A stretch of 63,227 nucleotides of DNA, filler included, from Chrysochromulina tobinii (lineage: Eukaryota): NCBI GenBank assembly GCA_001275005.1. It is 5 parts of 5 records of this genome, joined end to end, with 100 filler letters (N's around TTAATTAATTAA, not from the genome) between each part and the next. Parts side by side here need not be neighbours in the genome. Positions count along the whole stretch, not along the records: positions 47,515 to 57,030 come from JWZX01001380.1; positions 57,131 to 63,227 come from JWZX01001386.1; 3 more parts are not named here. One strand, written 5' to 3'. The notes beneath the pieces are model-generated. The model searched no databases. It worked only from the letters and a program-made list of their open reading frames with translations, and had not been told where the DNA came from. Within the stretch, counting starts at the first letter, position 1; each line of letters opens with the position of its first letter. Below, one piece after another: positions 53,601 to 63,227 of the stretch. A program made the position numbers and the translations under genes.

Positions 53601-56600
53601 GACAACTCGAGGCTGACCGAGATCGCGTCCGCGGGCGGGATCGCTCCGCTAGTGGCGCTGCTGGGGAATGGGAGCGTCGGGGGCAAGGAGCACGCCGCCT
53701 CGGCCCTGTTTTTTTTGGCGGCACACCCGGCGAATCGCCTCTCTATGGCCAAGGCGGGCGGCATCGCGCCGTTGGTGGCGCTGCTCGATGAGGGTACTCA
53801 GGTGGACGATGCTGATTGCTACTGATTGCCACCGAGTGCCACCGAGTGCCACCGAGTGCCACTGATTGCCACAGAGTGCCACTGATTGCCTCTGATTGCC
53901 ACAGAGTGCTACTGATTGCCACAGAGTGCCACTGATGGTCACAGAGTGCCACTGATTGCCACTGATCGCCACTGATTGCCTCTGACCGCCACTCATCACC
54001 ACTGATCGCCACTGATCGTCACTCAGGCGGCTCATGAGCACGCGTCGAATACGCTCGCTCGGCTCGCGATCCATTCGACCGAGAACCAGACGGGTATCTC
54101 GAAGAAGCTCGTCGAGCTGCTCCGAGTGCCTCGGTCCATGACGCAGCAGCGTGCTGCGCGCGCCCTGCGATCGCTCGCTGTGAACAACCCGTCGAGCTCC
54201 ACGATCATCGTGAACGCAGGCGCCATCTCGCCGCTCGTGACACTCCTCGCCACAGGTGCGACGGGGGCGAGGGAGGAGGCCAAGGTCGCACTGCACACGC
54301 TCGCCCTCAACGCGCCTTCGAATCAGCTTGCGATTGCGACTGGGTTGGTGGCACTCCTGTGCACGGGGGCGGCAGAGGCTCAGGAGCATGTGACACGCCT
54401 GTTGCTCACCCTCGCCACCGATGCCACCAACCGCGTCGCGATCGCCAAGGCGGGCGCCATCGGCCGTCTGGTCATGCAGCTCAAGCAGGGCAAGGAGGCG
54501 GGCGGCTCCTTGGCTTGCCAGACGAGCCTCAAGTCGCAAGAGCTCGCCGCGGCCGTGCTCGCCCAGCTGTCGGCCGACTCGGAGGCCAACGTGGGTGCGA
54601 TCGCCGCGTGCGCGAGCACCAAGGCGCTCATCGCGCTGCTCGGCTCGGCCTCCGAGTCGGCGCAGGCGCACGCGGCCGCGGTGCTTGCGGACTTGACGCG
54701 CGGGTCGAGGGAGATGCAGGGAGATCAAGGGAGATCGGATGAAATCGAGGCGAGATCGAGGGAGATGCAGGAGGACGTGGCACGCGAGGGCGGCATCGAG
54801 CTGCTCGTTGGGCTCCTTTCGGGCGAGCACGCGTGCACCGAGGCCGCCAACGCCATTTGGTCGATCGCGGCCGGCGACGAGGACATGAAACACATGGTCG
54901 CCCGAACGGGCGCAATCCCGCCGCTCGTAGCGCTGCTGGGCCGGCCAGGAGTCGTGCGCCTTCGTGCAGCAGGTGCGCTCGGTACGCTCGCGTGCGGCTT
55001 AGCCGTCCACCAGAACGCAATCGCAGCTGCGGGCGGCCTCGCGCCGCTCGTGTCTCTCCTCGGCGATGGTGGCAAGCTCAGTGCGTCGCCCGCGGAGAGC
55101 GAGGCGCACGCTGCGAGATCGCTCGCGAGCCTCGCGGACGGTCACGTGAGCAACGCGATCGCGATCGCCGAGGCGGGCGGCATCGTACCTCTCGTGCAGG
55201 TGGCGGATTCTGATTGCCACCGATTGCCACCGATTGCCACCGATTGCCACTGATGGCCTCTCAATTGCCACTCATAGCCACTCATAGCCACGGATTGCCA
55301 CGGATGGCCACGGATGGCCACGGATGGCCACTCATTGCCACTCATTGCCACTCATTGCCACTCATTGCCATCGTACCTCTCGTGCAGCTGCTCCACGACG
55401 CCACGCCCGCCGCCGCCGCTTCTGCCGTCGCCGCCGCCCCCGAGGCGCACACGTACAGGTGGCGGGTGGCGCCTGGGACGGCGCCATTGGAGTGGGCGCG
55501 CGAGGAGGCGGCAAGAGCGCTGCATGCGCTCGCGTGTGGCTGCCCCCCCAACCAGTCCGCCATCGCGGAGGCGGGCGGCATCGCGCCACTCGTGCGCCTG
55601 CTCTCCTCGGGCACCGAGAGTGCTCAGGTGTTCAGCGCCAAAGCGCTTGCCTCCCTCGCGGTGGAGCACGAGGCGAATGAAGCGACCATCTGCGCGCAGA
55701 TGGTCCAACTCCTTGGCTTGCCGGACAAGCAGGCGGCGGCACGCGCGGCCCAAGCGATCGCACGGCTCGCTCACAAGGGGCTGCCCGCCTCCCAGGCCGC
55801 CTTTGCGCGCGCAGGCGCCATCAGCTTGCTCGTCACGCTGCTCAAGAGCGCGGGCCACTCGCTCGGCGCCTCCAAGGAGAGCGCCGCCTCGAGCGCCTAC
55901 CTGCAACGGGAGAGCGCCGCGGCGCTCGGGGCGCTCGCCGAGGGGCACCCGGCAAACCAGGCCGCCGTTGCGGCCGAGGGGGGCATCGTTCCACTCGTGG
56001 CGATCCTGAAAGAATACCATCAGCCTGAGGTGTATGGTGAGGTGGCGCGAGCGTTGTGGAGGGTAGGTGGTCATCCACCGAACCAGCTCGCCATCGCCCA
56101 CGCCGGCGGCATCACACCGCTCGTGCACCTGCTCGCGCAGTCTGTGAGCGTCGAGGCGAGACGAGAGGCGGCGGGTGCCCTCGGGGTGCTCGCCCAGCAG
56201 CCAGAGAACCGAACAGCCATCGCGCGCGCCAATGGCATGCCGGCCCTCGTGGCTCTGTTTGAGCTCGACTCGATCTCCGCCGCCGAGCAGGCCGCTTCGG
56301 CGCTCACGACCCTCGCGACCGATGACGTTGCCAATCAGCGCGCGATTGCGACGGAGCTGGTGGCCACCCTCAACAACTCCCCGAGCGTGGCCGCTCAGGA
56401 GCAGGTGACGAAACTCCTAGGCGCTCTCGCTACCAATCCCGACAATCGCGGCGCCATCGCCGACGCCGGCGCCATCCCGCCTCTGGTGCGACAGCTTGCA
56501 GCTGGCTCGTCGGCCGCGCAGCAGTCGGCCGCGGCCGCCCTCTTCCAGATTGCGCGCCACTCAGCCCGGACGCCCGTGGCCATCGTCAAAGAGCTCGTCT

Positions 56601-57030
56601 CACTGCTGGGCTCGCATACCGTAGCCGTCCGCCAGCATGCGGCCGCTGCGCTCAGGGAGGTCGTGCTCGCCTCAGCATTCGCGGGCTCGGGGCTCTCCAT
56701 GCCGGGCGACATGGCGAGCGTCGTGCCGGGCGGCATGGCGAGCGTCGTGATGGCCGATGGCGCCGAGCCGCTCGTCGCGTTCCTCCGCGACGGATACGTC
56801 GAGGCGCAAGAGTATGCGCTCTGGTCGCTCTCCCTCTCGACCGAGCCGAAGCACAAGATCGCCATCCTCGAAGCGCGGGTGATCGAGCCGCTCATCGCGG
56901 CGCTCAATGGGAAGCTCTCCGCCGACGCGCAGGAGCACGCGGCATGCGTGCTCTCCTTGCTCACTAGCACGGCGCCGACGGCGACCGATCTGGTCCTCGA
57001 GGATCAAACCGCCGCCGCCGCCGCCGCCGC
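47687..57030 (+). CDS. Giant armadillo-repeat protein, multi-exon, 3' truncated by gap
   Basis: Dozens of AGGIxPLVxLL..G...AQE.AA.AL repeats. Introns 48647-48737, 48811-48948, 49185-49381, 49910-50131, 50664-50808, 51082-51157, 51704-51837, 52045-52151, 53802-54026 and 55200-55387 restore the frame. One +1 frameshift near 50168. Confidence 0.88.
51696..51859 (+). repeat. Three exact copies of a 30-nt exon segment spanning AG|GT
   Basis: cgacgcaggtgctcattgccaatatgaatg at 51696, 51764 and 51830. Confidence 0.95.
52315..52349 (+). mobile_element. 35-nt splice-acceptor cassette (candidate introner-like module), copy 1
   Basis: atgcaagtgctcaccacggcgccatttccccacag is identical at 53545-53579 and lies between 30-nt direct repeats. 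Mobility is inferred. Confidence 0.55.
53545..53579 (+). mobile_element. 35-nt splice-acceptor cassette, copy 2
   Basis: Identical to 52315-52349; lies between 24-nt direct repeats. Confidence 0.55.
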
Positions 57031-57130
57031 NNNNNNNNNNNNNNNNNNNNNNNNNNNNNNNNNNNNNNNNNNNNTTAATTAATTAANNNNNNNNNNNNNN
57101 NNNNNNNNNNNNNNNNNNNNNNNNNNNNNN
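57031..57130. other. Assembly linker
   Basis: N run with TTAATTAATTAA. Confidence 0.97.
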
Positions 57131-57388
57131 CCGGCCCAAGGCAACGCACGCGTGAGCGCGTGCACGTACTCCCCCACCCCTCATATCACATTGGGGCCGG
57201 GAGGTGGAGTGAGCGTGGAGGGACCGCGAAGAAACTGAACTGAACTGAGCTCCCCGAGGCCACCCCCAGCGAAAAATTTACCGGTACCCCGAGTTGCTGA
57301 AACCGCGTCATGAACCTCGTGCGTCTCGCACTTTTCAGAATGTTCGCACTCAGAGGCGACGCATGGCATCATCGGCGAGGTGTACTTT

Positions 57389-58714
57389 ATGGGCATCGAT
57401 AAGCCTGTCATCGCACCCGAGCTGTCGGTTTCGAGGCAGCTAGCGGAGGTATCGGCCACAACTCGCTATTTACCTGTTGCAGGTCTCTCGGCGCTGCCGC
57501 GTTGTGATGTCCGCACTGCCTACGTGGGCCTACTCACGATTCACGATTCCGATTTGAACACCACCTTTCTTGCCTCCGAGCTGGCTCGCTCTGCTCGCTC
57601 GAACCCAGATGCGGCGCGCAGTCATATTCGGAAGCAGCTACAGCTGCTTCTGGTGCTTGTACGCTCAGTTCGCCTTGTCGAGACGTGCCGGCGCGACTTT
57701 GTGATTATGCTGGGGACAGATGGGCCTGTGCTCGGCACTGCCTGGCGCGTAGCTTTTGAGCGTGAGCAAGTCATCTTTCAAAACGTGGCTCCGCTCGTAC
57801 TGGGTTCGCCGGCCAGCGACAAGCTGCATGCGTGGCAGATGTCGCAGTACAGGAAGCTCGTGGTTTTGGACTCGGACGTATTGGTGCTGCGATCGATTGA
57901 GGACCTGTTCGATACGAAAGAGGATTTTGTCGTCGCTCACCACCCATATGATCTCGTGCAAGCGCAGTGCGGCATCCCGCTGCGTCGCCGTGCTGTTGGT
58001 GCATTGTATGCCATTCGGCCCAACGAGGAAGACTTTCAAGGGCTCTGCAAGGAGCTCGAGTTGTACCGCCGAAACAAGTGGCACTTCCAGCACTACGGTG
58101 AACAGACGTGCCTCGCTTGCTACTTCAAGAACCGCAGCCGCACCCTGCCGTGCTCATACTTGTTCGACCTTTCCAATCCCACGACCTCGACATGCTCGCC
58201 AGGGGCCGCGCCCATGACATGCATGCGCAAGCATTTACAGAACTGCGTGAAATGGTCCCGAGCATCGATGAGCAAGTTCTGCATCCTCACGCCACGTGAG
58301 CAGTGCGATGGCCTTGCGGGCGCCGCCGTGTGCACATTGGTGTCTCATCATCTCCAAGAGCACTGTGCGTGGACAAACATTGCAGCTGACGCGCGCGCCG
58401 TGCACTATAAGGGCCGGATTAAGCCGTGGCCAGTCGGGAACCGCAAGCGCAACAACAACTGGATGTGCCAGCCGCTTGAAACTGGCGCACTTCGTGTGCT
58501 TTCGTCAGACGGCTCCCGCTCTCTGCTTGCGCTGGATGACGACCTGCATTGGAACGCGACGCAGCGACGTTGTCTCAGCGTGCAGCGCGGGTTCGCTGTG
58601 CAGTGGGCAGAGCAGAAGCAAGGCTTCATTGTCGCACGCAAATGCTGCCATTTTGAGACCATCATGTCCGCATGGTGGCACGAACTGCTGGGAGGCGCAC
58701 GGGAATTACCCTAA
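57389..58714 (+). CDS. Glycosyltransferase family 8 (glycogenin-like)
   Basis: KLHAWQMSQYRKLVVLDSD (DxD), IEDLF, GEQTCL and VHYKGRIKPW. Confidence 0.85.
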   Translation: MGIDKPVIAPELSVSRQLAEVSATTRYLPVAGLSALPRCDVRTAYVGLLTIHDSDLNTTFLASELARSARSNPDAARSHIRKQLQLLLVLVRSVRLVETCRRDFVIMLGTDGPVLGTAWRVAFEREQVIFQNVAPLVLGSPASDKLHAWQMSQYRKLVVLDSDVLVLRSIEDLFDTKEDFVVAHHPYDLVQAQCGIPLRRRAVGALYAIRPNEEDFQGLCKELELYRRNKWHFQHYGEQTCLACYFKNRSRTLPCSYLFDLSNPTTSTCSPGAAPMTCMRKHLQNCVKWSRASMSKFCILTPREQCDGLAGAAVCTLVSHHLQEHCAWTNIAADARAVHYKGRIKPWPVGNRKRNNNWMCQPLETGALRVLSSDGSRSLLALDDDLHWNATQRRCLSVQRGFAVQWAEQKQGFIVARKCCHFETIMSAWWHELLGGARELP

Positions 58715-59500
58715 TAGTTACAGCACGGTATAGTCCCGTCTGCGTATCATGGCCACACCCCAGGATATGCGCTCCGACTCGTGTAATGCGCACACGCGCC
58801 CCTCGCCTAAGGGCCGACTTGATGAAGAGCCAAGAGTCAACCGTGTGACGATAGCGCGGCACGTATCCACAGGTGTTGAATCGAATGAAGCTAACCTTTG
58901 TTTTGCTGGATCGCAGACTCCATGCCAAGACCGGACCCTAGTGGATCTTTGACCGGCACGATTGGCAACATCAGCAGTTTGTGAGCGAGTACGAGGCGCT
59001 CCGGTACAACTTTGAGGTTTGAGCTGCTGAGTTTGCGTTGGATGCCACTGCGCACCGGATTCGCTGGGACCGGGTGGGGAATGTCGAGACGTCAGATCCG
59101 TCAGGGTTGATAAACGAAACGGGAATGTCGTCCTAGTCGCGTCCGAGTCCGGCACTTTACGCTTTAGATACCAGCATAGAGTTGCGTTGAGAACCGTCCA
59201 AAACAACCCGTTCATAAGGAATCTCGTCCTTCGAACAGCAATACATAGCGCAAAGGCTTTGAAGTACTAATTAGTTCAATCTACCCATTATCGCGTAACC
59301 CCCTTCTCGAGTTCATGTTCGGAGTTCGCCGGCGCCGCGGTCCTCGGCGCACCCTTCAACAGCACGTGCAAAAATTGCTCGAGGATTCCCACTGCCTTAG
59401 CCGCCCGTCGGTGTGCTCAAGTCCGAAGTCGGAGCGACATGGTCGTTAGCCGTGCGGACAGGCAGGTCCTCACGGGCGTGGCCGCGGGCAATGCTCCCGC

Positions 59501-59640
59501 GTGGCAACAGCGTGCGAGTACTGCTCGGACGGCGCGCACATGCTCCCGCTCTTGATCCGGCACTACCGGGTCAAGAGCCTCGTCGAGATGGGGGTATGCA
59601 CGGGTATGAGTGTCGTTCACGTTGCGGGGGATCGTGTGCG
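59501..59640 (+). pseudogene. Possible class I methyltransferase fragment
   Basis: LIRHYRVKSLVEMGVCTGMS resembles SAM motif I. There is an in-frame stop upstream and it runs into the opposite-strand gene. Confidence 0.3.
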
Positions 59641-61491
59641 CACCCCCATGCTACGTAGCACGCACGCACAGAATTGCCCTTGCGTGACGCATCCGAGAAC
59701 GCTCACATTGAGCGCACCAAGGACTCCAGCTGAGCTATCCACAGCCGCCTCAGCATGCGACCGCCCTGTGCCCGATGGGGATGGCGTACGCTCCGTTGCG
59801 ACTCGATGCAGCCTTCGCAGCCCTTCCTGCAAATGCAGCTCAAAGGAGGCATCGCCGGTGAGCACCAGGAGCCCGAGTGGCCCAGGACGGAGCACACGGA
59901 GGAGTTCCAGCATCAGATGCCACCAGCCGCTGACGCGGGGCTCGTGCTTGGGGCGCGTAGATGACATGCGAGCACTCTGAGTCATCCATTCACGCTCACA
60001 GTGCTCGGCTTGTGCAAGCGCGTTCGGGACGAGCACTATGTCGAACGCGCGTGGGTGGAGAGGGAACGACTGCATGCACGGAGAGTGCACGAACGCGCCA
60101 TCAAGAGAGTTCGCTGCATGCATGTGAGGTGTCGTCCACATCGGGCGGATGCTGGCTGGCTCAACGCCCCAATACGCCGGTGCCCGTTCCCGCAGGGCCT
60201 GCACGAATGCCGTGTCCGTGGCGTTGATGGCGAGTACAGTGACAGCTCGTGAGGCGTTCGCTGGCGGGACGGGGACGACGTCGAGCGCCACGCGCAAGAG
60301 ATGCTCTCGCGATGTATTTGCGGGCGGTTGGAGCGTCCATGCTTCGTCATCCTCTTTGAGTCTCTGGATCTCGGAAGGTGGGAGACGCATCCATGGCTCC
60401 ATGGCCTCGAAGAGTTGGTGCCAGGCCGCGCGAGCTGCTCCGGTGTGGCTGAGTCGCTTGGGACGAGCGGGAGCTATGCACTCTTCCACCTTGCCAGGAT
60501 GAGCCAGTCCCTGTTGGCACACGCGGGTGGCGTCGAGGTCGCACTCTTGCACAGATAGGCGGCGATATGCTCTGAGCTGCCCTTCGTACCTGATCCACTT
60601 GCCACTGAACCAGCGATTCTCGAAGGCCTTCGGCGCCGGCGCCGGCGCCATGCAAAACTGTGTGATGTTCTTTGGAATGGGAAGTCTGGTATGGGACTTG
60701 AGGTGGCCCTCGAGGATCAGAAACCCGCCTGGCTTGAGGAGACGGCTCACCTCATACCAGAACCAGTTGTGGCTTTTAAGCGTCCCACCTGCGCTGTAGC
60801 AAGAAAAGACAGCGTGAACACTCCCAGCTTGCAGCGGCAGCTGTCGGTCACTGGAAGCGTAGTCGATGAGTAGCGGCACGCCGCGCTGCGTAGCTATGGA
60901 CGTCTGACCGGCCTCCTGCCCGCCGTGCTCATCCTCCTCCTGTTCCCATGGGGACACGGACATTGTAGTACCGACCCCGTGCATCGAGCTCAGGCACGCG
61001 GCAAACGAGCCGACGCCGGCGCCCACGTCCACGACGGCCAGTTGGTCTAGCGCAGGGCCGAAGTGCTCTGCCTCTGCCAGGTATAGCGCCACACTCTTCG
61101 CGATGTTACAAAACGGGCCGCATGTGCCACTGCCCACGAGCGCGATCCGCCCCGGAGGCTTGTGCACCCACCAGTTTTGACCCGCCATTCTACCACCATC
61201 TTGAAGATATTGCTCCCAGTCCACTCCAAATCTGCCGATGTTAGGCGGAATATCGTCCTCAGCAACGACGATGAAGCTGTGCACGAAGTCATATCTCCAT
61301 GTCGTCGGTGGTGTCGTGATGCAGTCCAGCAAGACCAGAGGCTGCTCTGCACTGTTATTACTAAAGTCGAACTGATGCCTGCACGTGTCCTGTTCGCACA
61401 CTGCGCCGTTCGGCGTGTGAAAGGGTGTCGAGCAAAATGGCGTGCCTAACGCCGCATGATGAAGCACGTGAAACAGGTCGGTCGAAGGCAT
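59617..61491 (-). CDS. SAM-dependent methyltransferase, plant PMT/Methyltransf_29-like with two Rossmann halves
   Basis: VDVGAGVGSFAA, LPLQAGSVHAV, EVSRLLKPGGFLIL; second half FPLHPRAFDIV, LELLRVLRPG. Confidence 0.75.
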   Translation of the reverse strand: MPSTDLFHVLHHAALGTPFCSTPFHTPNGAVCEQDTCRHQFDFSNNSAEQPLVLLDCITTPPTTWRYDFVHSFIVVAEDDIPPNIGRFGVDWEQYLQDGGRMAGQNWWVHKPPGRIALVGSGTCGPFCNIAKSVALYLAEAEHFGPALDQLAVVDVGAGVGSFAACLSSMHGVGTTMSVSPWEQEEDEHGGQEAGQTSIATQRGVPLLIDYASSDRQLPLQAGSVHAVFSCYSAGGTLKSHNWFWYEVSRLLKPGGFLILEGHLKSHTRLPIPKNITQFCMAPAPAPKAFENRWFSGKWIRYEGQLRAYRRLSVQECDLDATRVCQQGLAHPGKVEECIAPARPKRLSHTGAARAAWHQLFEAMEPWMRLPPSEIQRLKEDDEAWTLQPPANTSREHLLRVALDVVPVPPANASRAVTVLAINATDTAFVQALRERAPAYWGVEPASIRPMWTTPHMHAANSLDGAFVHSPCMQSFPLHPRAFDIVLVPNALAQAEHCEREWMTQSARMSSTRPKHEPRVSGWWHLMLELLRVLRPGPLGLLVLTGDASFELHLQEGLRRLHRVATERTPSPSGTGRSHAEAAVDSSAGVLGALNVSVLGCVTQGQFCACVLRSMGVRTRSPAT

Positions 61492-61817
61492 TTTGATGGA
61501 AAGTGTCGTGGAGTCAACCCAAAGGAGCGTGGCCGGCCCACGCGCCTGGCAAGGTGGCAAATATATTAGTATCGCAATCGGAAGTTTTGTCGCGCATGCA
61601 TGTACTGTAAAGCCGCGCCGCGCGGCGTTCAAGATTCATCGCCACTTCGAATCGCATCGCCAGGAGGACATGCATGCAGGCGCTTGTACACTCCGTTTTG
61701 GCTCGGGCTGCCTTTCTATGTCGCGATCTGTGGTAAAATTTGTAGTGTGGGTCTGCTTCCTCTTGTTTCTTGCTTGAAGGCTCGAGGGTGTGAAATCAGC
61801 TTGTGAAATCACTCGCC

Positions 61818-63227
61818 ATGGACGCCAAGTGGCAGCTGTCGTGCTCCCCTGTGCGCGCAGATGATGAGACGGAGTGGGAGCCCCCATTCGCAATGGAGGG
61901 GCTGGTGAGTGACAGCTTCGTGACGGCCCACGCGATGGTCGACGCGCTCCGTCGCGGCGACGAGGCCAAGGCCGTGGGCCTCATCGACAGGGTGACAGGA
62001 GCGGCCCACCTCGGCCTTTGCCTGCTTGGTGCATGTGAGACTGGTCACCCTACGTGCACGAAGCTGCTGCTCGCCGCCCACGCCGCCGTCGACCAGGCAG
62101 ACAGCAACGGCACCACGCCTCTAATCGTCGCCTGCGACAAAGGCGACGGCGACTGCGTGCAGCTGCTGCTCGCCGCCCACGCCGCCGTCGACCAGGCAGA
62201 CAGCAAGGGCGGTACCCCTCTGATCTACGCCAGCATCAAAGGCGACGGCGACTGCGTGCAGCTGCTGCTCGCCGCCCACGCCGTCGTCGACCAGGCAGAC
62301 AGCAAGGGCGGCACACCTCTGTATGCTGCCTGCTGCAAAGGCAACGTCTACTGCGTGCTGCTGCTGCTCGCCGCCCACGCCGTCGTCGACCAGGCAGCCA
62401 GCAACGGCAACACGCCTCTGATCACCGCCTGCGACAAAGGCGACGGCGGCTGCGTGCGGCTGCTGCTCGCCGCCCACGCCGTCATCGACCAGGCAACCAG
62501 CAACGGCGTCACGCCTCTGCTTGCCGCCAGCGACAGAGGCCACGGCGACTGCGTGCAGCTGCTGCTCGGCGCCTACGCCGTCGTCGACCAGGCAACCAGC
62601 ACAGGCACCACGCCTCTGAGGGCCGCCTGCGGCAAAGGCCACGGCGGCTGCGTGCAGCTGCTGCTCGGCGCCCACGCCGCCGTCGACCAGGCAGACAGCA
62701 AAGGCGTCACGCCCCTGTACGCCGCCTGCGACAGAGGCCACGGCGACTGCGTGCAGCTGCTGCTCGGCGCCTACGCCGTCGTCGACCAGGCAACCAGCAC
62801 AGGCGTCACGCCCCTGTACGCCGCCTGCGACAAAGGCCACGGCGGCTGCGTGCGGCTGCTGCTCGCCGCCCACGCCGCCGTCAACCAGGCAGCCTGTGAC
62901 GGCACCACGCCTCTGATCGCCGCCTGCTTCAAAGGCGATGACGGCTGCGTGCAGCTGCTGCTCGCCGCCCACGCCGCCGTCGACCAGGCAGATAGCAACG
63001 GCGCCACGCCTCTGATCGTCGCCTGCATCAAAGGCCACGGCGACATAGTCAAGCTGCTCGTGCATGCAGGCGCACGCACCGACTTGCGAGGCGCTGCGGG
63101 CACAGCCCTCGATGTCGCAGAGGCCCAAGGCCACACCGTCATCGCAACATTCCTGCGCAGCCGGCGCCGCGCACCTGCGACGATCGCTGCGGTCGCTCCG
63201 GTGTCGAGTGCGGAGCGTGCGGCAGCC
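61818..63227 (+). CDS. Ankyrin-repeat protein (about 11 repeats), runs off the window
   Basis: ATG at 61818 opens a frame with 99-nt units VDQAxSxGxTPLxxACxKGxGxCVQLLLxAxA. Absent from the ORF track because it has no stop in the window. Confidence 0.92.
   Translation, partial: MDAKWQLSCSPVRADDETEWEPPFAMEGLVSDSFVTAHAMVDALRRGDEAKAVGLIDRVTGAAHLGLCLLGACETGHPTCTKLLLAAHAAVDQADSNGTTPLIVACDKGDGDCVQLLLAAHAAVDQADSKGGTPLIYASIKGDGDCVQLLLAAHAVVDQADSKGGTPLYAACCKGNVYCVLLLLAAHAVVDQAASNGNTPLITACDKGDGGCVRLLLAAHAVIDQATSNGVTPLLAASDRGHGDCVQLLLGAYAVVDQATSTGTTPLRAACGKGHGGCVQLLLGAHAAVDQADSKGVTPLYAACDRGHGDCVQLLLGAYAVVDQATSTGVTPLYAACDKGHGGCVRLLLAAHAAVNQAACDGTTPLIAACFKGDDGCVQLLLAAHAAVDQADSNGATPLIVACIKGHGDIVKLLVHAGARTDLRGAAGTALDVAEAQGHTVIATFLRSRRRAPATIAAVAPVSSAERAAA

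Overview
GC-rich eukaryotic genomic DNA, most likely a haptophyte alga of the Chrysochromulina type. This is inferred from GC-AG introns, Pro-rich surface proteins, tandem AP2 and TIR genes, and a plastid-targeted Psb34-like gene. The window is five contigs joined by artificial ~100-nt N/TTAATTAATTAA linkers, so adjacency across the gaps is not evidence. About 20 genes can be supported: a Zn-finger/G-patch protein, a multipass receptor with two TIR domains, an ART/PARP-like + EEP + alpha/beta-hydrolase fusion, a C2/CNBD-type channel/PDZ/WW protein with a degenerate pore, an AP2 array, a BAHD acyltransferase, a Pro-rich receptor kinase, a propeller hydrolase-like protein, a pseudokinase coiled-coil protein, a USP, a YWTD propeller, Psb34-like, a giant ARM-repeat gene, GT8, a PMT-like methyltransferase and an ankyrin array. 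The most striking signal is a recurrent intron architecture. Many introns consist of a copy (mostly 18-30 nt) of the adjacent exon that supplies one splice site, plus filler made of branch-point-like microsatellite or a shared ~35-nt acceptor cassette. Several apparent stages of this process are visible, which suggests an active intron-generating mechanism. No tRNA, rRNA, CRISPR array or recognisable transposase was seen.
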